Positions 26,045 through 39,654 of a stretch of 64,000 nt of DNA are shown here, in pieces. The stretch spans positions 22,816,001 through 22,880,000 of the forward strand of contig JBHGNT010000001.1 of the NCBI GenBank assembly GCA_043228905.1, written 5' to 3'. The DNA comes from Azolla caroliniana. Lineage: Eukaryota; Plantae; Polypodiophyta. The position numbers and the translations under genes are program-made. The notes beneath the pieces were generated by a model. It was not told the origin of the DNA, searched no databases, and saw only the letters and a program-made list of their open reading frames with translations. The first letter of the stretch is position 1. Each line of letters opens with the position of its first letter.

Positions 26045-29000
26045 TTGGACACAAATTATCGAATTTGGAAGGCAATATTAGAATTACTTTTTAAATATAA
26101 TAAAGTATGGGACATAATTTCAGGATCGTCGACAAAACCTGAAAAAGGCGAAGAACTTGAAGAATATGAAGAAAAAGACTTGTGTGCAAGAATGGAAATT
26201 CTAATGCACGTAAGTGATGGCACCGAATAAACATTGCGAAAAATGGAGACGACTCATGAAATGTGGAAGCACTTACAAACTATCTATGAGCCGAAAAACG
26301 ATGCCCAACAAAATGAATGACGAACAACCGGTTGGTGAATTTCTATTAATATGGCAAAAGAAATTAGATGATGTGTTAACTTCTGGATTAGAAATCCATG
26401 ATAAATTACAAAAGATTCTCCTTCTTGGTGCTCTTCCTCACTTGTGGTCCACTTTTAGAACCACCCACAACTCTATAAATTGTCCATGAACGCTAATTGA
26501 TCTTCTTGCAAACATTAGACAGGAGGAAACAATGCGTTCACAAAGGTCTTCAAATTCAACTCCAAGTGTGGCAATGGTAGCATACAAGAATAAAAGGTTC
26601 ACCCAAAGAGGAGAAAGCTCGAAGCTGTGGATAAAGAAAGATCAAAACACAAAACAAGGAGGAATAAGGTTCAACAATACCTATTGTAAAATATGCAAAC
26701 GTACAAATCATGCAACCAAAGATTGTCGCGCAAAATCAAATTTCAACAATTATCAACCATGGAAACGTGTACAAGCCCATCTTGTTGAAGAAGAAATGGA
26801 TGATGAAAATGTCATAGGAGATGGATATCAAAATGGCGACAAGTATGACGACGTCCTTCAAGCATTCATTGTTGAATCACTTTTCGCAACGATTCCAAAC
26901 CCAAGTAATGTAAATGACATATGGTATCCCGACATTGGTGCTACTAACCACTTAACTAATAGAAAAGATTGGTTATGTAACTATAAGGATGTTGAACCTC
27001 CTATCATTGTAAGATTTGGAAATAATGGGACTAAACAAGCTATTGGCAAGGGTGATATTACTTTTGAAGTCACAGGAGGAAGACATTTCACAATCAATGA
27101 AGTTCTCTATGTCCCTAGCATCACCAAACATTTGCTATCGGTTAGTCAAGCAACGACAAATGGTACTATCATTGAATTTCATCCTAAACATGCTATTATT
27201 AAACATAAAGCCTCAAGTGGAGAACTTATTAGAACATGTTGTAAACGAGAAGGAGACTTATATCCCATAAAATGTATTCCTACATCTCTTATTTTAGAAG
27301 CACATCATACTACCCCAATACAATCCCTAACCAATCTTCATTCTCCTTCTTCTCTTTGGCACTTTCGGCTAGGTCATATGCATTTCAATGCTCTAAAAAC
27401 ACTACAATGTAATAATATAGTCCATGGTTTGCCAAAAGAACCTTTCAAGCCCATCTCTTTGTGTGAAAGTTGTATCCTTGAGAAAATGCCCCAACAACCA
27501 TTCCCAAAGCATAGATCTAGAGCCACTACCCCTCTTGCATTAGTACATAGTGATCTATGTGGACCTTTTCCAACCCCTTCTCTTAGTGGAGCCAAATATT
27601 TCATTAGCTTTATAGATGACTTTAGTCGATTTACAATCTTGCATTTTCTCAAGTACAAAAGTAAAGCTTACCAAGCATTCAAAGAATACAAGGCTCAAGT
27701 CTTCAAACATCATCAAAGATTAAAAGTCTTCAAACCAATGGTGGTGGTGAGTATATGTCTCATGAATTTCAAAGTTTATATCAAAATGAAGGCATACATC
27801 ATAGAATATCAACGCCACACACACCACAACAGAATGGTGTATCCGAAAGGAAGAATAGATCACTTCTCAATATGGCTCGAAGTATGTTACAATTTGCTCA
27901 CTTATCGCGTCAATTTTGGGAGGAAGCGGTTGGCACCGCTTGCTATATTCAAAATTGCGGATTTCATAGATCCTTGGGGCTCCAAACCCCTTATGAACTA
28001 TGTCATGGTCACAAACCTAACTTAAATAACCGTCGTATTTTTGGTTGTGATGCTTATGCTTTTGTGCCAAATGTTCAAAGAAATAAGCTAGATCCAAGGG
28101 CTACAAAATCAATTTTCATCGGATATGGAGAAGCTTCGGAATACAAGGCGTACAAGCTCTACGATCCACAAAAACGATGAATATTCTTTAGTCGTAATGT
28201 GATATTCCAAGAAAATGGGCCTTTGACAAAGGTTTCTTCTTCACTCTCTTCTAATCTACCTCCTTATTACCTACCCCTACCCACTTACAACCATCTTCCT
28301 CAACCATCTCCAATATTAATAGCTCTCATATTGAAGGAGCCAACATTAGCTCATCCTCTACTTCCACTATTTGTGTTGCTCTTCCATCTATTCACAAGGC
28401 AAATATCAATCCTACTCAACCAACTAATTCTTCTTCTCATCTTCCCTCATTCCAAGCTCTAGATGATTCTCTTCCTCATACTCCTTTAAATACACATTGT
28501 TTAACTCCCTCAAATAATACAAATAATGTTATCTTAGCCACTCCCTCTCCTAATCCTTCATTCCAAGCGTCATCACCAACTTCTCTACCAAACTCTCCAC
28601 CTCCAAAGTATAGATCTCTAAGTAGTATTTATGAACAACTTGATCAAATGGAAGCACGTTTCATGGACTTGGACCATGAAGCTTATATATAATAAGTAGA
28701 TATTCCAACCCTTAGTGATGACACAAATCTATAGGCCAAAGATGCACTTTTCGGATGGGATTCTATCAAAAGGAGAAAGGCTATGGAAGAAGAAATGAAG
28801 GCTTTACTTAAAAATGGTACGTGGACCCTCGTTGAGCCTCCAAAAGATCGACAAATAATTGGTTCTAATCTTACGCATAAAGCAAGATAGTAATGGCAAT
28901 CCAATTCGCTTCAAGGCTCATGTAGTTGCTTGAGGATTTTCTCAAGTACCAGGTATTGATTTTCAAGATACATTTAGTCCAACGCTAAAAATATGTGGTT

Positions 29001-30374
29001 TTCGGATGCTCGTTGCTCTTGTTGTGCAACATGATCTAGAATTGCATCACTTGGATGTACAAATGGCTTTTCTTCATGGAGATTTAGATGAAGAACTTTA
29101 TCTACAACAACCACAATTTTTTGAAGATCCAAGTCATCCGACACATGTTTGTCGACTTCGTAAATCTATTTACAATCTTAAGCAATCTCCACGCATATGG
29201 TATCACAAACTACACTCTTTTCTTATAAAAGTTGGATATCATCATCTAAACAATGAGCCAAATATCTATGTTAGAAAAGCCAAATCCAATTTTGTTATCA
29301 TAGGTGTCTATGTTGATGATTTGCCCTTGATCTCTAACTCTAAATCTTATCTAACTATTGCAAAGAAGGAATGCAATAACTATTGCAAAGAAGGAACTTG
29401 CATATGTCTTTCCTATTACCGATTTAGGCCCTATGACCCATTTTCTAGGCATCAAAGTAACTCAAAATAGAACAAATCATACTATCTCATTATCACAATC
29501 AAATTATATTAATTCTATCCTCCAAAGATTTGATATGCTCCATAGTAAGCCTATTAGTACTCCTCTTACCTCTCCATGTAAACTTTCAAATGATGATTCC
29601 CCAAAAAATGAACGAGAAATTTTTGAAATGAAGGATGTACCCTATAAACAAATCCTTGGGTGTATAAGATATGTAGTAAGTTGCACATGTCCCGATATTT
29701 GCTTTGCTGCCAGTTTTCTTTCTCATTTCATGGCTAATCCAAGACTAAAGCATTGGATCGCGCTCAAAAGATTACTACGCTACTTGAAGCGTACTCAACA
29801 TTATGCGTTTACTTACTCCGCCACACAATCTAAGTCAATCACACTTGTGCAAGGATGGACAAATCCCTCTAGCCAACTAATTGGTTGGTCAGACTCGGAT
29901 TGAGGGGGAGATGTGGACAATCGCAAGTCAACAGGTGGATATGTTTACACACTAGTCGGCGTTGCGATTTCGTGGAAGTTGAAGAAACAAACTACCGTAG
30001 CATTGTCATCCACCGAAGCTGAATATGTTGTCGTGGCTTTAGCGGCTAAAGAAGGCATATGGATTAAAGCTATGCTCGAAGAATTTAAACTATTTACTAT
30101 TCCAACAATGACTTTGTTTTGCGATAATCAATCTTGCATCAAGTTAGCCAACAATCCGGAGATCAGCGACAATATACATCATGTGGACTTAAAACATCAT
30201 TTTCTTCGTGATCTCATTGAAACAAAGAAGATAGAGTTAAAGTTTGCTCCCACTCATCAAATGTGGGCTGATTTTCTAATGAAACCTCTTCAACATTCTA
30301 AGCACATTATTTGTTGCAAGCAAGTTGGATTAATTGATGTAATCGAAGATAAAGATGAAAACCTACACTTCTAG
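26045..30374 (+). pseudogene. Copia gag-pol (gag, PR, IN, RT, RH) with stops/frameshifts
   Basis: [55 protein letters not shown]. Confidence 0.93.
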
Positions 30375-30592
30375 AAATTTTTGCTTAGGGGGGAGTGTGG
30401 AAAATATTAAGAAAAAATTAATATATTAATATATATTAATAGTTAGTACTTCTTATGAATACGGTTTCCTTCATGAGAAGGAAACCGTAAGTGTATTAAT
30501 GGTGGTCTATATAAAGCCACCACCAACGTTGTAACTATTTAGGGCATTTTTCTATAATAAAACATTTTTGTGTTCTCTCTCTCTCTCTCTCT

Positions 30593-33500
30593 GTCGTTGC
30601 CGCTGTCGTCGCTTGTTGCCTCTGTCGCATGCTGCCGCCGTCTGCGGTCCCCGTCGTCTGACGTTTGCTAACGTCATCGTCGTCTAACATTTGCCGCTGT
30701 TGTCACCGTTGTCGTCAGTTCTTGGCCGTCGCCGTTGCCACCGCTATTGTCGTGTATAGTCGTTGCTGTCATTGTTGTCGTGTGTAGTCGTTGGTGTTGT
30801 CACCGTTCTCCATCCCCGCTATCACCTATGCTTCTGACGACGTACTCGGCTGAAGCATACATGTCCTTCTACACTCGAACCTAGCGCGCAAGGTATCGAT
30901 GCTCAGCTAAGTTTTTTATGTCCTCTCTGTCTTTTCTTTCTTTTATCTTTTGATTTACAACATGACTTCCAGACGAAACCATAAGGAAACACACGAAGAA
31001 ATTATTAGTAAGGAAGAATTTTTAGATGTCCTTAACTGTTTAGTTAAACTAGAAAAATGGGCAAAAGAGATTGAAGCTGAAAAACAAAAAGATAAGGAAG
31101 AAAAAGAAGTGCTTATTGCTGAAATAACGAAACTTAAAGAAGACAACATGAACCTTCAGAAACAAGTTAAGGATCTTGAGACATCTAAGGAAGATGGTGA
31201 AATATCTTCCCTAGAGGATATTAAGGACGAGATAAAAAAGGTTAAGGAAGAGGTTTAAAGCGATATGGAATTAGCAAAAACTGGGCACTGGGTTGATGTA
31301 GTTAAACGTAATATTAAAAAGGAACTAAAGGATGAAAATATTGTAAACACTACCCTTGAGGAGGAAAAATTGCATCAAGCTTGACGCCTAAATGTACGAG
31401 TTACCGGGCTCAAGGAAGGGGCATCTCCTGACGAAGATGCACAAACATTAGGGAAAATGTTGGGGTACGAAGCCCTACCAATCATTAAAACTTGGAGGGT
31501 AGGACGTGACACCACTAGGAAAATAACTTTGGTCCTTCAGTTTAAGGACTCAGAATCTAGAATCACATTTTTTAAAAAGAGACCAATTCTTCGAGGATTA
31601 GGCAGGGACCCTATCTACCTCGATGAAGACCTGACCAAGATGCAAATTGAGCATCGTAAAACTTGTATGCCGCGAGTCATACAAGCTCGTAAACAGGGCC
31701 ATCATACTTTTTACCGAGACGGACGTGTGATAATAAATGATCGCGCTACCAATTAACGGCGTGTGGCCCATGTACAAACAATAAACTTAGGATGACTTTA
31801 TGGAACTGTAACGGTGCACTTTGGACACACCCTGGCCATCTAGAGGAGATTTTGAAGGTATCTGACATACTTTTTTTAGTAGAAACACATTAGAGCCCAA
31901 ATCGAGAACTGCCATGAGTTGACGGTTTTCGTTGGGAATCTGTCTTTAGATAAACCTCACGTCAACATACTACTAGAGGGTCTGGAGGGATTGTGATACT
32001 ATTTCGGGGAGAGATACATAATAGGATAGAAATACTAAAGAAAGACCTAGAAGCATGTTTTATGTGGGTGAAATTCCTCATTAGCAAGGACCTGGCGATA
32101 TTTATCGTCGTGTGTTACTTCCCCCCGAAAGGATCCCAGTATAATATGGCTGGAGAGGCGAGTATAGTTGATGAAGGAACGCCGCATCGGCCTTCTCCAT
32201 ACGAACCTTTATCGGATGACATAATCCAATATTCTTCTCAAGGGGAAGTCTTCCTTGTAGGAGATTTCAATGCGAGAACCCAATCCCGACAATGCACAAT
32301 ATTTCAGATGGATAGAAACCTCGAAATGGTGAATGTCAACCCTTTAGACTTAGACATAACGTGTACATCGAAGGATCAAGATGCGGATGCCACAAGCTTT
32401 GGCCATCATCTGGTTGAACTTGGAAGCCGACACCAAATGATCATATATAATGGCTTAGCCAAGTGGCCGGGTTTGGAAGTGCTCACATGTTTCCCACATG
32501 GAGGAGGGGAAAGCACAGTTGATTACCTAATAGGACGTCCTGAAGCTACCCAAATGGTTAACTCCTTCCGGGTGGCCCCATGCCCCATTGGTGCAGACCA
32601 TAGCTTCCTATACTTTGAGCTAAATTGTGACACCTCCCACACCACCAACTCTAGTCAACCAAACCATCACACCATAATACATTTGTAAAAGAATACGTGT
32701 GGAAGCAATAGAAAACCGAATAGAGAAAATACACAGGTTTAATGGAGAGCTTAAGGTATACACAGTACGCGGGAGAGACAGAGAGAAAACACTGAAAAAA
32801 CTTAATTCCAAAATATCACTCAATCTGTACATAGGATGTGCTTAATGAGCACTTTTATACAAGTCCATACGGAATAACAAAAGTATTGACACGTACTTCA
32901 ATGCTCATAATTGAGCTCTACGTTAACTCCCAAAATATATTCCTATGCGGAATATCTTTCCAACGGCCTCGCGGTTTACACACCGCTGCGGCTTCTCGTT
33001 ACGCACCGGTTTGCGTATTGGTTCAGCCTAACCGATCGGCCCCAACCAATCCGGTTCTCGGCTTGCATAGCCAATACGGCCAATGTTGAGCTTGTATCTC
33101 AACACTCCCCCTCAAGCTCAACTTGAGGTTCCATCTGCTCTTTCGGATCTGCTCTTCGGTTCCTTCTGGCTTCATGCCTCGCTCGCGCTCCTCAACCCGT
33201 TCGATTCCGCGCGCCTCGACCCTTTCGGTCGACTTGTCTGCTCACACGGCCCTTCTCAGCTTCCTTGTTGTTGCAGTGTTGGCCCCTCTTCTGTTGCCTT
33301 CTCTTCCGCTTGGCCCTTGGTTGATTCAGCGTATCCGAATCAAACATCCGAACTGACTCGGCTTCCTTCGATCGGTTTTCGCTCTCGTCCGAGTTGGTTG
33401 TCTCCAACTCGTCCTCGGTCTTCTCGCCCTTATGTCTGCTTCCGGAATCTTCTGCGGGTCCGCCCTCGGCTTCTTCAGCCGATCCGAAATCAAATTCGTC

Positions 33501-36500
33501 ATCCGACTCGGCATCACAGTCTTTTCCGCTCCTCTCCTGCTCCCGTCTGTGGTCATCATGGACATCTCTCCCCCTCAAGTTCGGCACGTCGAGGTGACGC
33601 AACCCAAGCGCACCGGAGAATTGCCACAACTTGTCCAGACCAAGAGGCTTGGTGAAGATGTCGGCGTTCTGCCGAGCCGTCGGAACATACTGAAGTTTGA
33701 CTTCACCGAAGAGGACATGCTCACGGACGAAATGGTAGTGCACCTCAATGTGCTTAGTTAGGTGGATGGAAGACGGGGTTCTTACCTAGTTGGATGTTGT
33801 TGAGGTTGTCGCAGTAGATTGTCGTTGGATCGGACACCTTCACCTACAGATCCTTAAGTAGTCTCTTCAACCATATGGCTTCGCACGTCGCGACAGACGC
33901 TCCTCTATACTTGGCTTCGGTGCTCGACAATGCAACTATCGGCTGCTTCTTGCTACTCCAGGCGATCGCGGCACTCCCGAGAGAGAACATGAAACCGGAC
34001 GTGGATCGGTGATCTTCGGCGTTTCCAACCCGATCAGCATCGGTGTAACCGATCAACTGCGCGGCAGTATCGACCTGATATATTAGGCCCCAGTCCTTAG
34101 TGCCACTAACGTACCGGAGTACGCATTGTGCGCACTGAAGGTGCTCCTCGGTCAGTCGTGCCATGAACTGACTAATCACCCCGACCGGGTAGAGCTGAGA
34201 TCTGGTCAGGTGATGGTCAAGTAAATAAGGCTTCCGACTATCTGTCGGAACCTCGTCGGGTCGCATACCTTTCCAGAATCGGGGCGAAGCTTGACAGTTC
34301 TATCCAGTGGAGTCGAGACGGACTTACAGTCGGCCATCCTGAATTTGAAGAGCATATTCAGCGCGTAATGACGTTGGCTGATCAATATGCCTTCGGGGGT
34401 ACGGATCACTTCAATCCCAAGGAAGTAATGAAGGTCCCCCAAATCCTTCATGTCGAATGATGCCGCGAGCTGGAGCTTTACGCGGTCTATCTCACCTAGG
34501 TCGGCGTCGGTGATGACCAAGTCATCAACATAAAGTAAAATACTAACCGGCCCGAGTCGACCTTTTCGGATGAACAGTGAGGAGTCCGATTTTGACGTCA
34601 CAAAGCCCATCCGACGAAGTCGTTGCGTGATCTTCGCGTTCCAGGCACGCGAGGCTTGCTTTAGTCCGTAAAGGGACTTCTTCAATCGGCACACCACCGA
34701 AGTGTTTGTTCCAGAGTGGAATCCAGGGGGTTGTACCATGTACATTGTTCCTCAAGCTCACCTTGCAAGAATGCATTCGTTACATCCATCTGATGTAGGT
34801 GCCACCCCTTTGCCGCAACGACCGCGAGCAAAACACGGACGGTTGTCATCTTCGCGACTGGCGCAAACGTCTCATCATAGTCGATGCCGTGTCTCTGCGC
34901 GTAGCCTTTTGCTACTAACCAGGCCTTGTAGCGGTTGACCGAGCCGTCAGTGTTGTACTTCACCTTGTACACCCACCTACATCCAATCGGCTTCACACCT
35001 TTCGGTGCGTCAATCATGTCCCAGGTTTCATTCTCCGCCAATGCGCGCATCTCTTCCTCCATTGTAGCACGCCAATTCTCACCCTTCGCTGCTTCTGTGT
35101 AGCTCTCCGGCTCACACCCTTCCGCTACACGCGTCATGTACGCATAGTGATGCGCCACGTACTCGTTGTAACCGAACCGCACAACAGGGTTCTTCTTATG
35201 GGTTGATCGGCGTAGTTGCTCATTCGCCGATGTTGAGGCTTTCATGGCCGACGCGGACTTCGCTCTCGAAGACCCGTCATCACTTCCCTTAGAGTCGGAC
35301 TCGCATCGATCGGACTCGTTCCTATCCGTGCCATAATCCGACACCTTCTTCTTCCCTTTTTCTTTGCACGTAAGCCGTCTCCCCGACTTCCTACGCGGGG
35401 AATGCACGGTCGAGTCTCCACTACTCGCCAACTCTTCATCGGACTGGTCGAACCGACTCAGTCGTCCATCCGGTCCGCTTAACCGAAACGAAATCGGACT
35501 CTCTTCGCGAGTCCCGATTTCAGGCTCATCTGGAGGCATCTCAGCCTCACTGAACTCATCATCGGAGCTCGGATTGGAGGTGAGGTCCGGAGTCGGAGGC
35601 AAGTACCAGGACGTGGACTCGTTAAACACAACGTCACGACTCACGCACGCTTGTTTGGTGCGAGGGTTATAACACTTATAACCCTTCTGCTCGTCCAAGT
35701 AGCCGACCAGGATACACTTCTCGGCTTTCGCGTCCAACTTCCTCCGTTTCTCCTTCGGTACATGCACATACGCAATGCTACCGAAAACTCTCAAGTGTAG
35801 CAGATTCGACTTCCTTCCGAAATACTGCTCATGCGCCGACACTTTGTCTCCGATCCGATTCTGTATATATACTACGGTTCGTACCGCCTCGGCCCAATAG
35901 AAGTTGGGCAAGCTCTTCTCCTCCAGCATTGCCCGTGCCGCTTCTACAATTGACCAGTTCTTCCTCTCAGCCACGCCGTTTTGCTCCGGCGTGTATCTAC
36001 AACCGAATTCCCATCTATTGCAGATAGTCGTTGAATTGACCGGAAAAGTTTTCTTTTCCGCCATCCGTCCGCAAGCACTTGATCTTTCGTCCTATTTCCG
36101 TTTCCACAAACCCTTTGAGGTCTCGGAAATAGTCGAAGACTTCACTCTTCTTCTCGATGAGATAGATCCACCTGTGTTGTGTATAGTCGTCGATGAAGGA
36201 GACAAAATATCAACTCCCGCCAAGCCTAACGTTTTGTGTCGGCCCCGATACATCGGAATGTATCAAGTCGAGCTTGTTCCGGCTCTGGTTATGCTCGTTA
36301 GGGAAAGGAAGTCGGTGTTGCTTCCCGAGTTGGCAGGCTTCACAAATTCATGCCTTCCGGCCACTAAATTTGGGCAATTCGAACACCACCTATTTCGATT
36401 GCAGGTCCTGAAGCCGTTGATAGTTGACGTGGCCTATCCGCTTGTGCCATAAGTCGATATCCGACTTGACTTTTTGTCCTTTCGCGAACATTGCAGTGCC

Positions 36501-38653
36501 ACCGTCACTAGAGTCGAGGATAAACATCCTCCCGTCTCTGTGCCCTTGCACAATAACTCGACCTTCTTCCTCGATGAAGCACCCGAGATGCGTGAACCGG
36601 ACTTGCATCCCCTGGTCGACGATCTGCCCAACCGACACCAGATTCTTCGTGATTGTGGGGACGTGCAACACGTTCATGAGTTTCCCTTTCTGCCCAACAT
36701 GGCTCAAGGGAACTTTATTGACATTCGCGATCGGATGCGGAGTGTCGTCTCTGGTTGCGACTACTCCTGGTTCCCTCAGTTTCTCCTGGTATGAGAACCA
36801 CTCCTTGTGGCACGTCATGTGGTTTGACGCACCGGAGTCGATGTACCACACCTCGTCCGATTTCGGGGTGGACATCTTCACCGAGTTCGCTTCATGTCTC
36901 GTCACGAAGGCTGACCCTTTTCCTGCTTTTCCGAACCCTGCGGCGTAGTGCGATCGCTGCCAATTTCCTTTGTCGGTTTGTCCGAAACCTGATCCGGATT
37001 CGGTCCTCTCTAAATCAGCGCGCTTCTTCCAGCACTCGCTCTCCTTGTGTCCTTTCTTGCCACAATACTAGCATTCTGCAATGGATTTCCGTTGCCGGTT
37101 CTCGTCACCTCGACTCCCCCTGTTCCCGGAGGGTCTGGAATTGTTGTTGGCATCACTTCGGTGCCTTCGTCCTTGATCCCGTCGGTCGCCTTCATTGCGC
37201 ACCGACTCGCCTCGTCCGCCACGACCACGGGGCCTATCTCCGTCCGTGTACAACATCTTGTTGTCGGCATGCGTGCTCGTTGACGCACCCGCGTGGTTCT
37301 CCTCTATAAGGAGCATCGATTGTAGGTCGAAAAATGACGGCATATTCTCCTGTGTACACACAGTAGTTCGGAATGCTCTGAACTTCGACGCCAGTCCCCC
37401 GAGACAGATCTGCACCATCTCGCCTTCCTCGTCGACATTAACATCGATGGAGGCTAAGGAGTCACATATATCTTTGATCTTCGAGGTGTAATCAGCCACC
37501 GACAAATCGCGTTGTCGTAGGTTGCTCAGCTCCTGTCGGAGTTGAAGCTTCCTGGCTGTAGTGCTTGCGGCGAAAATCTTCTTCAAATTTCCCCAAGCAT
37601 CTTTTGGCATTTTTGCATCCCGAATGTAGCTTAGGAGCTGTTCACCCACACAAGACGCGAAGCAGTACAGTACTCTGCTCGCCGACTGTTCCCACACCGG
37701 GAAATCTCTGTGTGTCGATTCAGGTGTTGTGTCATTTGATCCGTCGACATAGCTCCAGTAGTCGTGCCCGAGCAAGTATTGGTGCATCTTGTAGGACCAA
37801 GACATGTAGTTGTTTCTATCGAGCTTCTCCGTCGGAAGCGAGCAAGCCATGCCTCTATCCATCGGTTTTACCTGTTCTTCTTGGTTGGTTTTCCCTTCAA
37901 GCTATGTCGGTTGCAAAGGTTCTCAACCCTCGCGCTCTGATACCATGTAAAAGAATACGTGCAGAAGCAATAGAAAACCGAATAGAGAAAATACACAGGT
38001 TTAATGGAGAGCTTAAGGTATACACAGTACGCGGGAGAGACAAAGAGAAAGCACAGAAAAAACTTAATTCCAAAATATCACTCAATCTGTACATAGGATG
38101 TGCTCAGTGAGCACTTTTATACATATGGTCAATTAAGCATCTAAGTGTTACCCATAACCCTTTTACTATTCATCAACTTGTAACTAGTGTATTTTTTCAG
38201 GAACAAGGGAAGACAATGAATGTAGATACACTTACGTCGCTTGGCCTCCCTCTTGAGGAAGCCGAAACGCAAAGAACAACCAAACGTCCTCAGATGTTGG
38301 GGTTCAAAATAAGTCGACACGGAGTAGAAAGGATTAAGAAGATAAGGGAACGTGAGCTACGTCGACTAGAAGCTATGGTTGGGGTACCTTTTACATTGGG
38401 GTCACGGGTCACATCCACATCGAAACCCTTTGACCTCCCGCTTCTCTTCGAGAGACTTGGATGGAAATGAAATTAGGCTTAGTATAACATCATTTTCATT
38501 GTAGAACATGTTTGTTATTTTACTAGAACTATTTAGCTTAAAACTCTATTTTTATTTTTATTTTTTACTTTCGATGAATGGATAAATATCCCATTTTTTG
38601 CTGTAAACCATTTGTCTCATGGGCCAATTTTGGTCTTAGAAGACGTTAATATA

Positions 38654-38658
<5 letters not shown>
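30593..38658 (+). mobile_element. LINE (RTEX-like) in the (CT)n tract of the Copia 3' LTR: 5' UTR, ORF1 (30961-31756), APE endonuclease (31792-32683), RT deleted, 3' end 38149-38658
   Basis: Coiled-coil ORF1 with IYLDEDLT; endonuclease motifs WNCNG, VCYFPP, VGDFNART, STVDY, ADH; 3' end matches the minus-strand copy at 59090-59590. Confidence 0.88.
32684..38123 (-). mobile_element. Ty1/Copia LTR retrotransposon nested in the LINE; 5' LTR truncated
   Basis: 3' LTR 32684-33104, PPT 33105-33115, PBS 37934-37945, partial 5' LTR 37946-38123; gag-pol motifs WYIDSGASNH, LWHKRIGH, LYVDDL, ALSSTEAKY. Confidence 0.93.
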
Positions 38659-38711
<53 letters not shown>

Positions 38712-39654
38712 CTCTCTTTCTCTTCTTTCCCAACAGTTGGGTTCCGCATGGTCTCAGCCCACCCTAGCTACCACATCAAGCAATGTTGATTATAAGCTCT
38801 CTTGGACTCGATCGACAAAGACTGGTGTGGTTTCAATCATAACCAATGGCAATGGAAACCCTATCCCGATAATGGGAACGCTCTACTCCAGCAATCCCGT
38901 GTCGATCTTCTCCATTGATTCGTTGCTCCTTCCTGCAGAAATCTTTCCATCGATTGCAACATCGCGATCTCCGTCCATAACCCAGTGGACTTGCATCGTC
39001 TCCACCTGACTCGAGTCCAGCTATTTTGCAAGTGATGTCTCCAGCATCAGCTTCGGCCCCGGCAATGCAAACTCCTAAATTATCGAGTCCAACATCATCA
39101 CCACCAAGTTATTCGCCCCTTGTTCCACCTGCAGACAAACATGGCCTCAACAGTGTTTCACAACTAAAAGTTGTTGGGGCAATTCCATTTTTCATCGACT
39201 CCTGCCTTCGTCCCAGGCATATAGGCAAAAAATTCTCCTTCTTCTTTAGGGGCAATATCGACAAAAAATGAAATCTTTTCTCAAAATATATGAGCAATCC
39301 ATGCAGGGAGGATTAAGCCATTCTCATCATAGTTATTTGCAGTACAAAGAGGAATATGAAACGCTTCAATTTCTTCTCCCTGAGAACAACCTCGTTTACC
39401 ATGAAAGAATCTTACCTGATCTTACAATTCAGCTTCTCCTCATATAGTTCACCATTTACTTCTGCATTGTGTTTGAAGGGTATTATGGTAAATAGGGCTT
39501 GTAGATTTGAGTGTATAATTACTTTATAAAGTGTCTTTTTTTGGACATAGGGGTAGTTTGGTAAATTTGGAACTTTCAGGGGTATTCTGGTAAATAGACG
39601 AACTTCCAGGGGTATCCTAGTACTTTTCCCTTAAATAAAATACAATACAATATG

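Larger units (their letters stand above)
25138..38735 (+). mobile_element. Ty1/Copia LTR retrotransposon, defective, both LTRs interrupted
   Basis: TSD GTTGG (25133-25137, 38736-38740); 5' LTR 25138-25793; PBS TGGTATCAGAGC 25794-25805; PPT 30387-30395; 3' LTR 30396-~30592 plus ~38659-38735. Confidence 0.93.
24304..39271 (+). pseudogene. Fasciclin-like arabinogalactan protein (two FAS1 domains), split at 25137/38741 by a Copia element and frameshifted
   Basis: Signal peptide; H1 motifs TITVLCP and LTIFAPTNSTF; LLEFHG; H2 motif IFSIDSLLLPAEIF; Ser/Pro/Ala tail. Removing the Copia gives in-frame TQELL-GSAWSQPTLAT. Frameshifts at ~24515 and ~38970-39025. Confidence 0.88.
23464..39630. mobile_element. 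Mutator-like non-autonomous element (Pack-MULE-like), ~160-bp TIRs, ~2.6 kb net
   Basis: 23538-23698 is the reverse complement of 39470-39630 (starts GGGAAAAGTAC); the first ~70 bp are tandemly repeated from 23464; AT-rich flanks give only a degenerate 9-bp TSD (TTAATAAAT/TAAATAAAA). Confidence 0.8.

Noticed and set aside
33083-38110. Many + strand ORFs of 100-190 aa
   Set aside because: Antisense shadows of the GC-rich minus-strand Copia gag-pol.
38216-38470. Apparent separate ORF3 of the LINE
   Set aside because: In the sister copy it is in frame with ORF2 behind one premature stop, so it is better read as a C-terminal extension.
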